In this document: positions 26,248 to 35,850 of the stretch, piece by piece
How positions within the stretch are numbered: position 1 is the first letter of the stretch
How the letters are laid out: every line of letters begins with the position of its first letter
DNA from: Nitrospirota bacterium
Lineage (GTDB): Bacteria; Nitrospirota; Thermodesulfovibrionia; Thermodesulfovibrionales; Dissulfurispiraceae
DNA length: 41,947 bases
Direction: 5' to 3'
Assembly (NCBI GenBank): GCA_040754455.1
Contig: JBFMCP010000012.1
Span: 27,268-69,214, forward strand
Program-made: the position numbers and the translations under genes
The notes under the pieces: generated by a model
The model's database searches: none
The model's input: only the letters and a program-made list of their open reading frames with translations
What the model was told of the DNA's origin: nothing

Positions 26248-26891
26248 GTACTGCGCGACGTTCTGCGTTGACGAGCTTCAAGCCCGGACGTATCTGCTTT
26301 ATTACCGGAACTGGGCCGGCCCACGCGGCCAATGCGCTCGAAGCAACGGTCACGAAACTTCTTGAATGCGGTATCCGATGGGTCCAGTACCGGGAGAAGT
26401 ATAAGACAAAAAGGGAGCTCTTTTTCGAAGCGTTGAGACTCCGGGAGATCACCAGGAGGTTCGGCGCTTTTTTTGTTGTCAATGATTATGCTGATGTGGC
26501 CCTGGCGGTTGAGGCGGACGGAGTCCACCTCGGACAGGACGATCTGCCGCTGCGAGAGGCGCGAAAGATCATGGGAACGAGGATCATCGGCATCTCGACG
26601 CATTCACTTGAGGAGGCGCTCGAGGCGGAACAGGGGGGCGCTGATTATATAGGTTTCGGCTCCATTTTCCCTACTGCTACAAAAGAGGTGGGGGTGCCGA
26701 AGGGGGGGGAGATGCTCCGAAGCATTAAAGCAGCGGTTTCTATTCCGGTGATCGCCATAGGAGGCATCAAGGCAGAGAATGCGCAGGCCGTCATCGCTGC
26801 AGGGTGCGACGGCGTTGCGGTTTCATCGGGCCTTTTGCTGGGAGATATAAAGGAAAATGCAAAGCGATTTCTGGAAATGACAAGCTCATAA
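26244..26891 (+). CDS. thiE: Thiamine phosphate synthase
   Basis: VQYREK, VND, GVHLGQDD, IIGISTH, ADYIGFG.IFPT.TK, AIGGI; GTGA overlap with accC. Confidence 0.93.
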   Translation: MSTARRSALTSFKPGRICFITGTGPAHAANALEATVTKLLECGIRWVQYREKYKTKRELFFEALRLREITRRFGAFFVVNDYADVALAVEADGVHLGQDDLPLREARKIMGTRIIGISTHSLEEALEAEQGGADYIGFGSIFPTATKEVGVPKGGEMLRSIKAAVSIPVIAIGGIKAENAQAVIAAGCDGVAVSSGLLLGDIKENAKRFLEMTSS

Positions 26892-26967
26892 TTTATTGTT
26901 CACCGTTCACTGAAGTAGTGGATAATAAAAACATTGGCCGTTGACAATGAACTATGAACGATGAATC
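26884..26967. repeat. Heptamer tandem-inverted repeat (GTTCA/TGAAC type), second copy
   Basis: GCTCATA ATTTATT GTTCACC GTTCACT ... CAATGAA CTATGAA CGATGAA. Confidence 0.7.
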
Positions 26968-26988
26968 AAATAGGGAGGAGGTTAAGAG

Positions 26989-28104
26989 ATGAGACGAGTT
27001 TTGGTTATTGTGGGAATGATTCTTTCGCTGGCCCTCCTGGTGACGGGCTGCGGAAAGAAGGAGGATGTAATAAAAGTAGGCGTTGCCGCGCAGATGACCG
27101 GCGCTGAGGCAAAGATGGGCAATGACTTCAAGAACGGCGTCAGCATCGCCCTCGAGGAGTGGAACAGCAAGGGCGGCCTCCTCGGCAAGAAGATCGAACT
27201 GATTGTCGGCGATGACCAGGCCGATCCCAAGCAGGCGGTGGCGGTTGCAAACAAACTGGTCAACGAGGGAGTGATCGGGGTCATCGGCCATTTCAATTCG
27301 AGCTGCTCCATTCCCGCTTCCGATGTCTATAATCGAGCGGGCATTCCCATGATCACACCGGCCTCGACGAATCCCCAGCTTACCGAGCGTGGCTCCCGGG
27401 GCGTCTTCAGGGTCTGCGGCACCGACGATCAGCAGGGGAAGGTGGCGGCTGACTTTGCAAAAGACCAGCTTAAGGTGAAAAAAGTCGCCATCCTCCATGA
27501 CAAGACGACCTATGGTCAGGGATTTGCCGACCTTTTCAAGAAGCACCTCGGCACAGCGGTTGACGTGGTCTACTACGGCGGCATCACCAAGGGGGACAAG
27601 GACTTCAAGACCGTACTCACTTCGGTAAGGGAGAAGCGTCCCGATCTCATTTTCTTCGGCGGCATCTACCCCGAGACTGGATTGCTCGTGAAACAGTCCC
27701 GCGAGATCAACCTGACCGCTCCCTTCCTGAGCGGCGACGGCAGCATCGATCCCAAGTTCGTCGAGATTGCAGGCGAGAAGGCCGCTGAGGGCACGTACCT
27801 GACCTTCAGCCCTGATCCGAACAATATTCCCACGGCAAAGAGCTTCATCGAAAAATACAAGGCGAAATTCGGAGAGCTGGGCCCTTATTCCATTTATGCG
27901 TATGATGCAGTGAATATCCTTCTGACCGCTGTGAAAGAGGCGGGGACCACTGACGGCAAAGCAGTTATCGAGAAGCTGCACTCCATGGAGTTTCCCGGAG
28001 CACTCGGCACCATAAGGTTCACCGAAAAGGGCGATGTCGCGCAGGCGCCTTACATCGTGTGGGTTACCAAGAACGGGAGGTTCGTAGAGTACTGGAAACC
28101 CTAA
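26989..28104 (+). CDS. Branched-chain amino acid ABC transporter substrate-binding lipoprotein (LivJ/LivK-like)
   Basis: Lipobox LVTGC; DDQADPKQAVAVANKL, GHFNSS, HDKTTYGQG, YAYDAV. Confidence 0.93.
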   Translation: MRRVLVIVGMILSLALLVTGCGKKEDVIKVGVAAQMTGAEAKMGNDFKNGVSIALEEWNSKGGLLGKKIELIVGDDQADPKQAVAVANKLVNEGVIGVIGHFNSSCSIPASDVYNRAGIPMITPASTNPQLTERGSRGVFRVCGTDDQQGKVAADFAKDQLKVKKVAILHDKTTYGQGFADLFKKHLGTAVDVVYYGGITKGDKDFKTVLTSVREKRPDLIFFGGIYPETGLLVKQSREINLTAPFLSGDGSIDPKFVEIAGEKAAEGTYLTFSPDPNNIPTAKSFIEKYKAKFGELGPYSIYAYDAVNILLTAVKEAGTTDGKAVIEKLHSMEFPGALGTIRFTEKGDVAQAPYIVWVTKNGRFVEYWKP

Positions 28105-28170
28105 GGCGTTTATTGCGTTTTTTGGGTCTGCAGTGCGGTATTTGTGCGTTATAAACGCTATAAATGCGCC
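28105..28170. repeat. Nonamer tandem-inverted repeat / hairpin
   Basis: GGCGTTTATT GCGTTTTTT ... ATAAACGCT ATAAATGCGCC. Confidence 0.55.
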
Positions 28171-28181
28171 TTGCACCTTGG

Positions 28182-28211
28182 TTGACTTTACGACCCTTAA
28201 AAAATTATAAT
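28182..28211 (+). promoter_or_regulatory. sigma70 promoter of the rpmH operon
   Basis: TTGACT-N18-TATAAT. Confidence 0.75.
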
Positions 28212-28244
28212 TGTAATTCAATATTTTCAGGAGGTTTCATACAC

Positions 28245-28385
28245 ATGGGCACTTATACTACCTATAATCCGCATAAAAGCAGAAGGAAAAAGACGCACGG
28301 CTTTCTTACCCGCATGAGCACCACCGCCGGCAGGAAGGTCATAAAGAACAGAAGGGCCAAAGGGAGAAAGCGCCTCGCAGGGTAG
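28245..28385 (+). CDS. rpmH: 50S ribosomal protein L34
   Basis: [49 protein letters not shown]. Confidence 0.97.
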   Translation: MGTYTTYNPHKSRRKKTHGFLTRMSTTAGRKVIKNRRAKGRKRLAG

Positions 28386-28400
28386 AGGAGTTTCTGCTCC

Positions 28401-28610
28401 GTGAAAGCAATTATCTTGGCCCTCATCAAATTTTACAGATACGCCATATCGCCGATTCTTCCGCCACGCTGCCGCTTTGTACCCACATGCTCGGAATATT
28501 CCCTGGAGGCGGTCAGGAAATATGGCGCGCTCAAGGGCACGCTGCTGTCCTTCAAGAGGATTGCGAAGTGCCATCCCTTTCATCCGGGCGGCTATGACCC
28601 GGTAAAATAA
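28401..28610 (+). CDS. yidD: Membrane protein insertion efficiency factor
   Basis: [22 protein letters not shown]. Confidence 0.96.
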   Translation: MKAIILALIKFYRYAISPILPPRCRFVPTCSEYSLEAVRKYGALKGTLLSFKRIAKCHPFHPGGYDPVK

Positions 28611-28626
28611 CGTAAAGGACGTTTAC

Positions 28627-30165
28627 ATGGAAAAAAGGACGTTAGTTGCTATAGTGCTTTCCATTGCCATACTGCTTGCGTGGCAGTATTTCTTCGTACC
28701 CAAAACCCCTCCGGCGCCGCAACAGAAAGCGGCTCAGGAACAGGCCCGGCAGGAGGCTGCAAAGGCGCCGTCTGCTGTCCCTGCCGCTCCGGCGATGGCC
28801 CCACCCCCCTCCACGGATACCGCCTCGCCAGAAAAAGAAATAAAAGTAGAAAATAATCTTTACACTGCGGTGTTTACTTCGCGCGGCGGCACCATCAAGA
28901 GCATCACGCTCAAAAGCTATACCGATAAAAAAGGCAACCCGATCGTTTTGAAAGGCGATTCGCTGATTGCTCCGCTCGCTATCGGAGCTACCGACGAATT
29001 TCAGTATGCCCATGCTCCTTTTGCAGTTCGGGGAGAGAATGTAACCCTCTCTCCTGACAAAAACGCCGCAACCCTTGTCTTCGAATACAGCGCCGGCGGT
29101 CAATCGATCCGCAGGACGTATACTTTCCACTACGATAAGTACGGTTTTGACCTGAGAGACGAGGTGCAGGGATTGGGCTCCTACTGGATCACACCGGGGA
29201 GGGATTTCGGTATTTACGAAAAGAGCAATTCCGCTCATTTGGGGCCGGTCATCCTGAAGGACGCAGAGCGTCTCGAATTTACCGGGGCCAAGCTGAAAGA
29301 GGTGAAGAGCTTCAAGGAGGGGATCAAATGGGTCGCCCAGGAAGACAAATACTTCTTCTCGGCTATTGTGCCAAAAACTCAGACTGAAGAAGCAAAAGTT
29401 TGGGCCAAGAATACCGATGCCCTTGCAGCATTGCGCATGCCGGCCGGTACGAACAACTACTTCATCTATGCAGGCCCGAAGGAGCTTCCCCGGCTGAGCA
29501 AGCTCGGCAACGGGCTCGAGCATATCGTCGATTTCGGCTTCTTTTCCATTATTGCGCGGCCGCTGTTCTGGATCCTGAAATTCTTTTATGACCTCACGCT
29601 CAACTACGGTATTGCAATCATCATTCTCACCATTCTGGTAAGGATTCCCTTTATCCCACTCATCAACAAGGGACAGAAGTCGATGAAGAAGCTTCAGGAT
29701 ATACAGCCGCGGATGGCCGAGATCAGGGAGAAGTACAAGAGCGATCCGCAGAGAATGCAGCGGGAGTTGATGGAATTGTACAAGAAGAACAAGGTCAACC
29801 CGATGGGGGGATGCCTTCCCATGCTGCTTCAGATACCGGTCTTCTTCGCGCTCTACCAGGTACTGAATATTGCAATTGAGCTGAGAGGCGCTCCCTTCAT
29901 GCTCTGGATACAGGACCTTGCCGCAAAGGATCCCTACTATATACTGCCGATTATCATGGGAATAACGATGGTGATACAGCAGAAGATGACACCGTCGACC
30001 ATGGACCCGACTCAGCAGAAGATCATGATGCTCATGCCGGTGGTCTTCACCTTCATGTTCCTGACCTTCCCTTCGGGCCTCGTGCTCTACTGGCTGGTGA
30101 ACAATGTGCTGAGTATCGCCCAGCAGTGGTACATGAACAAAAAACTTGTAAAACAGCCAGCATAA
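28627..30165 (+). CDS. yidC: Membrane protein insertase YidC
   Basis: YAGPK, VDFG, GGCLPMLLQIPVFFALY, WIQDL...DPYYILP, GLVLYWLVNN. Confidence 0.97.
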   Translation: MEKRTLVAIVLSIAILLAWQYFFVPKTPPAPQQKAAQEQARQEAAKAPSAVPAAPAMAPPPSTDTASPEKEIKVENNLYTAVFTSRGGTIKSITLKSYTDKKGNPIVLKGDSLIAPLAIGATDEFQYAHAPFAVRGENVTLSPDKNAATLVFEYSAGGQSIRRTYTFHYDKYGFDLRDEVQGLGSYWITPGRDFGIYEKSNSAHLGPVILKDAERLEFTGAKLKEVKSFKEGIKWVAQEDKYFFSAIVPKTQTEEAKVWAKNTDALAALRMPAGTNNYFIYAGPKELPRLSKLGNGLEHIVDFGFFSIIARPLFWILKFFYDLTLNYGIAIIILTILVRIPFIPLINKGQKSMKKLQDIQPRMAEIREKYKSDPQRMQRELMELYKKNKVNPMGGCLPMLLQIPVFFALYQVLNIAIELRGAPFMLWIQDLAAKDPYYILPIIMGITMVIQQKMTPSTMDPTQQKIMMLMPVVFTFMFLTFPSGLVLYWLVNNVLSIAQQWYMNKKLVKQPA

Positions 30166-30175
30166 ATAATCTTAT

Positions 30176-30206
30176 CGCGGAGAGTTCCTCTTAAGAGCTC
30201 TCCGCG
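30176..30206. other. GC-rich intergenic hairpin between yidC and mnmE, no U-tract
   Basis: CGCGGAGAGTTC-N7-GAGCTCTCCGCG, 12-bp stem with one GU pair. Confidence 0.6.
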
Positions 30207-30225
30207 GTGCTTGGATAGTCTGTCC

Positions 30226-31617
30226 ATGGATTACCTCGACGACACGATCGCAGCCATATCGACGCCGATGGGCGAGGGCGGCATCGGTATTGTGCGCTTG
30301 AGCGGCAGAGATGCCGTCGCCATTGCAGATGCTGTGTTTGTCTCTCCCAAAGGGAAGAAACTTTCCGGAGCAAAGTCCCACACGCTCACCTATGGGGTTG
30401 TCATCGACCCCGCTACGGGAAGGAAGATCGACGAAGTCCTCGTTGCAGTCATGAGGGCGCCGCATACCTATACCAGAGAGGACGTGGTCGAAATCAACTG
30501 TCATGGCGGCATCCTTCCGCTCAAAACAACGCTCCAGTTGCTGCTGCACCAGGGAGCGCGGCTTGCCGGACCGGGCGAGTTTACCAGGAGGGCCTTTCTC
30601 AACGGAAGGATCGATCTCTCCCAGGCTGAGGCGGTGATTGACGTGATACGGGCAAAGACCGATCAGGCTGAACGGTTGGCCTTCCAGCAGCTCGAAGGAA
30701 GACTTTCGAAGAGGATGACAGAGCTGCAAGCTACGATCACCGGGTTCTGTGCCCATATCGAAGCCTATATCGATTTTCCCGAGGAAGAGATCGAGGCCGC
30801 AACAAAGGACGATATCATCGGTTCTTTGCGCACCACGACAGCAGAGCTCCATAAGCTCTCAAACGGCTATGAGGAAGGAAAATTCTTCAGAGAGGGTGTT
30901 TCTGCGGCAATCGTCGGAAAACCCAATGTCGGCAAATCATCGCTGCTCAATGCATTGCTCGAGAAGGACAGGGCTATTGTCACCGACCTGCCGGGCACGA
31001 CGAGGGACATCATCGAAGACTACCTGAATATCAATGGCCTGCCGCTGCGCATTATGGATACTGCAGGGATCAGGGAGACGCACAACCTTGCCGAGATGGA
31101 GGGAGTGAAGCGGAGCCTCAAGGCAATCGATGGAGCCGACCTCATCATCGCTGTTCTCGATGCGAGCAGGCCGCTGGATGCGGCGGACAGGGAATTGATC
31201 GAAAGAATAAAGAATAAAAAGAGCGTTGTGGTTATCAACAAGATCGACCGGGAAACTCCGGGGTTCGGAAGTGTCGTTCCCGGGGACGGTCTCCAGACTG
31301 CTCCCGTCAAAGTTTCTGCAGTAACAGGGCATGGAATCGATGAATTGAAAAACGCTATCTATTCCCTCTGTATTGCTCCCGACAGCCCTCTTGACCATGA
31401 AGACCTCCTCATCACCAACATGCGGCATAAACATGCCATCGACAGCGCCATCGAATCATTAAAAAGAGCAGAGGAATCACTCAGCAATAACGAGCCGCTC
31501 GAAGTGACCGCCCTTTTTCTTCGTGAAGCGCTCAACCATTTGGGAGCGATCATCGGCGTTGTGACCACCGACGATATCCTGAACAGGATCTTCAGCGAAT
31601 TCTGCATAGGAAAATAA
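30226..31617 (+). CDS. mnmE: tRNA U34 5-carboxymethylaminomethyl modification GTPase
   Basis: DTIAAIST, GEFTRRAFLNGRIDL, GKPNVGKSS, GTTRD, DTAG, NKID, FCIGK. Confidence 0.98.
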   Translation: MDYLDDTIAAISTPMGEGGIGIVRLSGRDAVAIADAVFVSPKGKKLSGAKSHTLTYGVVIDPATGRKIDEVLVAVMRAPHTYTREDVVEINCHGGILPLKTTLQLLLHQGARLAGPGEFTRRAFLNGRIDLSQAEAVIDVIRAKTDQAERLAFQQLEGRLSKRMTELQATITGFCAHIEAYIDFPEEEIEAATKDDIIGSLRTTTAELHKLSNGYEEGKFFREGVSAAIVGKPNVGKSSLLNALLEKDRAIVTDLPGTTRDIIEDYLNINGLPLRIMDTAGIRETHNLAEMEGVKRSLKAIDGADLIIAVLDASRPLDAADRELIERIKNKKSVVVINKIDRETPGFGSVVPGDGLQTAPVKVSAVTGHGIDELKNAIYSLCIAPDSPLDHEDLLITNMRHKHAIDSAIESLKRAEESLSNNEPLEVTALFLREALNHLGAIIGVVTTDDILNRIFSEFCIGK

Positions 31618-31645
31618 AACTGCCCTCATATCCTTTTCGGATGTT

Positions 31646-31685
31646 GAAAAGAAGAGGGCAGGAATTTTCCTGCCCTCTTCTTTTC
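31646..31685. terminator. Probable bidirectional terminator
   Basis: Perfect 18-bp inverted repeat GAAAAGAAGAGGGCAGGA-ATTT-TCCTGCCCTCTTCTTTTC between convergent genes. Confidence 0.88.
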
Positions 31686-31705
31686 TGCCTATTGGAAGTT
31701 TCGCG

Positions 31706-32626
31706 CTATTTTTTCAGAGGCGGCGCCGGTTTTGCCGGACCGTTTACCGGGGGATGCGAGGGGGGCAGCGGACCGGAAGGGGGTATGGGAGAGAGGTTCA
31801 GCTTTGAGACTGCGTCCTTGTTGATATCGACTTTATATTTCTTCTTAAGGCCTTCCATGAACTTATCGAAGCTCGCCTTCTGCTTCTCGGCGACGAGCCG
31901 CTGATGGATCATGCCTTTCACCTTTTCGAACTCGACCTGTGTGCCCTTGAGGTCAATCACTTTGAGGATGTGGAGGCCGTCTTTCAGCCTCAACGGCATG
32001 CTTACCTCTCCCTTTTTCAGCCTGAACACCGCGTCTTCGAGCTCAGGAGAAAGCTCTCCCTTTTTGAAGGTGCCGAGATGGCCGCCTGCTTTCGCCGTAT
32101 TCGCATCCGTGGACATTTCGGCAGCGATCTTTCCGAAATCCTCGCCGGCCTTGAGGCGGTCATAGACCTTCTTCGCATCATCCTCTGACTTCACCACGAT
32201 CTGGCTGATCTTCACCTGGCTGCTCAGGATAAAATCTTCCTTGTGGGTATCGTAGAAGTTTTTTATATCCGCATCGGTTATTTTGGCGCCCGACTCTATT
32301 TCCTTTTCGAGGAGCTGATTGATGAGGGTGATCTTCTTGAATTCTTCGACTCTCCTCTGGAACTCCTTGTCCTTGTCCAGGCCTCTCTTTTTGGCCTCGA
32401 TATAGAGCATCTCTTTCTTGGTCAGCTCATCAACGAACCGAGCCGCTCCTTCTGGGCCCATGAAAAACTGCTTCGCCATGTCGGGGAGTGCATTCATCTC
32501 CGCCTGCACGTCCTCTTTGGTGATCTTGACGCTATCTACCTTGGCGACATAGCCGCCCGTTGAACCGCCCTGTGAGCAGGAAGCCACAAAGACGAGGGCA
32601 ATAAGCAATGTTAAAACTCTCTTCAT
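31706..32626 (-). CDS. Parvulin-type peptidyl-prolyl isomerase lipoprotein (PrsA/SurA-like)
   Basis: Lipobox VASC; GEDFGKIAAEMSTD, GGHLG, GEVSMP, GLHILKV; Pro-rich tail; AAGGAG RBS. Confidence 0.9.
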   Translation of the reverse strand: MKRVLTLLIALVFVASCSQGGSTGGYVAKVDSVKITKEDVQAEMNALPDMAKQFFMGPEGAARFVDELTKKEMLYIEAKKRGLDKDKEFQRRVEEFKKITLINQLLEKEIESGAKITDADIKNFYDTHKEDFILSSQVKISQIVVKSEDDAKKVYDRLKAGEDFGKIAAEMSTDANTAKAGGHLGTFKKGELSPELEDAVFRLKKGEVSMPLRLKDGLHILKVIDLKGTQVEFEKVKGMIHQRLVAEKQKASFDKFMEGLKKKYKVDINKDAVSKLNLSPIPPSGPLPPSHPPVNGPAKPAPPLKK

Positions 32627-32652
32627 GCCGTGTTCTCCTTTTGCATTATTAA

Positions 32653-33993
<1,341 letters not shown>

Positions 33994-34044
33994 TATTTTT
34001 GAATTTTTTATGGTATTTTAGAGGATATCGTAATTTTTCAGGGG

Positions 34045-34500
34045 ATGGACAATATGACAGGGAAGATTGTTTCGATAAATATCAGTGAGAAGAAGGGCGT
34101 CAGGAAAACGCCCGTTCAGGAGGCTGTTATCAACGAAAATCAGGGCATCGAGGGAGATGCTCACGCTTCGTCGGAGTGGCACAGGCAAGTGAGCCTCCTG
34201 GCGCTGGAAAGCGTAAAAAAAATGCAGGCGATGGGCCTCGATGTGAAGCCCGGCGACTTTGCGGAGAACATTACTACCGAAGGTCTTGATCTCCTTGCGT
34301 TGCCGGTCGGGACGAGGATGCGCATCGGCAGAGACGTTATCGGTGAGGTAAGTCAGATCGGCAAAGAGTGCCATAGCCGGTGCGCCATTTACTACCAGGC
34401 AGGAGATTGCGTCATGCCCAAGGAGGGGATATTCATAAGAATCCTCAAGGGCGGGAAGATCAAAGTCGGCGACGCCATAGATATCTCCCTTAGAAAATAG
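34045..34500 (+). CDS. MOSC domain protein
   Basis: GIEGDAHA, HRQVSLL, GDFAENITT, QIGKECHSRCAIY..AGDCVMPKEGIF. Start could be 34054. Confidence 0.92.
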   Translation: MDNMTGKIVSINISEKKGVRKTPVQEAVINENQGIEGDAHASSEWHRQVSLLALESVKKMQAMGLDVKPGDFAENITTEGLDLLALPVGTRMRIGRDVIGEVSQIGKECHSRCAIYYQAGDCVMPKEGIFIRILKGGKIKVGDAIDISLRK

Positions 34501-34550
34501 CCATAACGAGAGCTGCCGTGAAGCTTCGTGATGATTTATGTTGAGGATGC

Positions 34551-35030
34551 ATGATAACAGTTGCTGTACTTACCTTGAGTGATAAAGGCTCCCGTGGGGA
34601 GCGGACGGATGCAAGCGGTCCCGCGATCGCCGAGATGCTCAAGGGCCTTGCCGAAGTAAAATATTACGATGTCCTGCCTGATGAGCGGGAACTGATCCGG
34701 GATAAACTCATGTCGTATGTCGGCAAGGTTGATCTCGTCTTCACAACGGGCGGCACAGGACTCTCGCCGCGTGACGTTACTCCCGAGGCGACACGCGATG
34801 TTATCGAGCGTGAGATTCCCGGCATTGCCGAGGCGATGAGGATGGAGGGCCTGAAAAAGACGAATCGGTCGATGCTCTCCCGCGCGGTGGCAGGAGTGCG
34901 GGGGCAGACTCTGATTATCAATCTGCCCGGCAGCCCGAAGGCGGTCAAGGAGAACCTCGAGGTCGTCCTCGATGTTCTTCCCCATGCGGTAGAAAAGATC
35001 AAAGGAGATCCGACAGAGTGTGCAAGATAA
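34551..35030 (+). CDS. mogA: Molybdopterin adenylyltransferase (MogA/MoaB family)
   Basis: TLSD, DASGP, TTGGTGLSPRDVTPEAT, INLPGSPKAV. Confidence 0.92.
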   Translation: MITVAVLTLSDKGSRGERTDASGPAIAEMLKGLAEVKYYDVLPDERELIRDKLMSYVGKVDLVFTTGGTGLSPRDVTPEATRDVIEREIPGIAEAMRMEGLKKTNRSMLSRAVAGVRGQTLIINLPGSPKAVKENLEVVLDVLPHAVEKIKGDPTECAR

Positions 35031-35117
35031 GTGAGAAGTGGGAAATAAGAAGTAAGAACCTGACGGATAAAAGTATTTCTCTCACTTCTTACTTCTCACT
35101 TTTTACCTCTTACTTTT
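35029..35117. repeat. Heptamer tandem-inverted repeat (AAGTRRG type), second copy
   Basis: AAGTGAG AAGTGGG AAATAAG AAGTAAG ... CTCACTT CTTACTT CTCACTT TTTACCT CTTACTT. Confidence 0.85.
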
Positions 35118-35133
35118 TCAGGGAGTGTGCGAG

Positions 35134-35844
35134 ATGAAAGATGTATCGTTTCCATTGGCATTTCTGGCGGGGGTGTTGTCATTTCTCTCTCCCTGCGTGT
35201 TGCCGCTGGTGCCTGCGTATGTTTCGTTCATAACGGGATTGTCTATCGATGAGCTGAAATCACGGCCGAAGATCTCGAAGACCATGGGCAATACCATCGC
35301 CTTCATTTTCGGTTTCTCGACGATCTTTATCGCCCTGGGTGCGTCATCCTCTCTGATCGGCGGCCTCTTCCTTAAATACCAGGAATATCTGCGCATCGGC
35401 GGCGGCATCCTGACGATCATCTTCGGACTCTTTATCGCGGGATTCATAAAAATGGACTTCCTCATGAGGGAGCGCAGGTTCCATATCAGCGAAGGGCCCG
35501 CCGGATATGTGGGCGCCTTCCTTATCGGCATGAGCTTTGCCGCGGGTTGGACCCCCTGCATCGGACCGATCCTCGGTACGATTCTGATCTACGCGAGCTC
35601 CCAGGCGTCGGCTGCCTACGGGCTCAAGCTCCTTTCGGTCTATTCACTGGGGCTTGCGATTCCTTTCATCCTGGCGACGCTCGCCATCAATGCGTTCTTT
35701 ACGTATACACGGAGAATCCATAAATTCATGCGGGTGATCATGGTTGTAAGCGGCCTCATCCTGATTCTCTTCGGGATCATGCTCCTGACCAACAAGATGG
35801 GACAGCTGGCGGCATTGTTTCCCGATCTTGGTATAAAATTCTGA
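35134..35844 (+). CDS. ccdA: Cytochrome c biogenesis thiol-disulfide transporter CcdA
   Basis: SFLSPCVLPLVP and GWTPCIGPIL motifs; about six TM helices. Confidence 0.94.
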   Translation: MKDVSFPLAFLAGVLSFLSPCVLPLVPAYVSFITGLSIDELKSRPKISKTMGNTIAFIFGFSTIFIALGASSSLIGGLFLKYQEYLRIGGGILTIIFGLFIAGFIKMDFLMRERRFHISEGPAGYVGAFLIGMSFAAGWTPCIGPILGTILIYASSQASAAYGLKLLSVYSLGLAIPFILATLAINAFFTYTRRIHKFMRVIMVVSGLILILFGIMLLTNKMGQLAALFPDLGIKF

Positions 35845-35850
35845 GGAGCT

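Noticed and set aside
26917..26925. DnaA box / oriC near rpmH
   Set aside because: Only one imperfect box (AGTGGATAA), no cluster and no dnaA.
26893..28221. 442-aa minus-strand ORF
   Set aside because: Antisense shadow of the LivJ/K-like gene.
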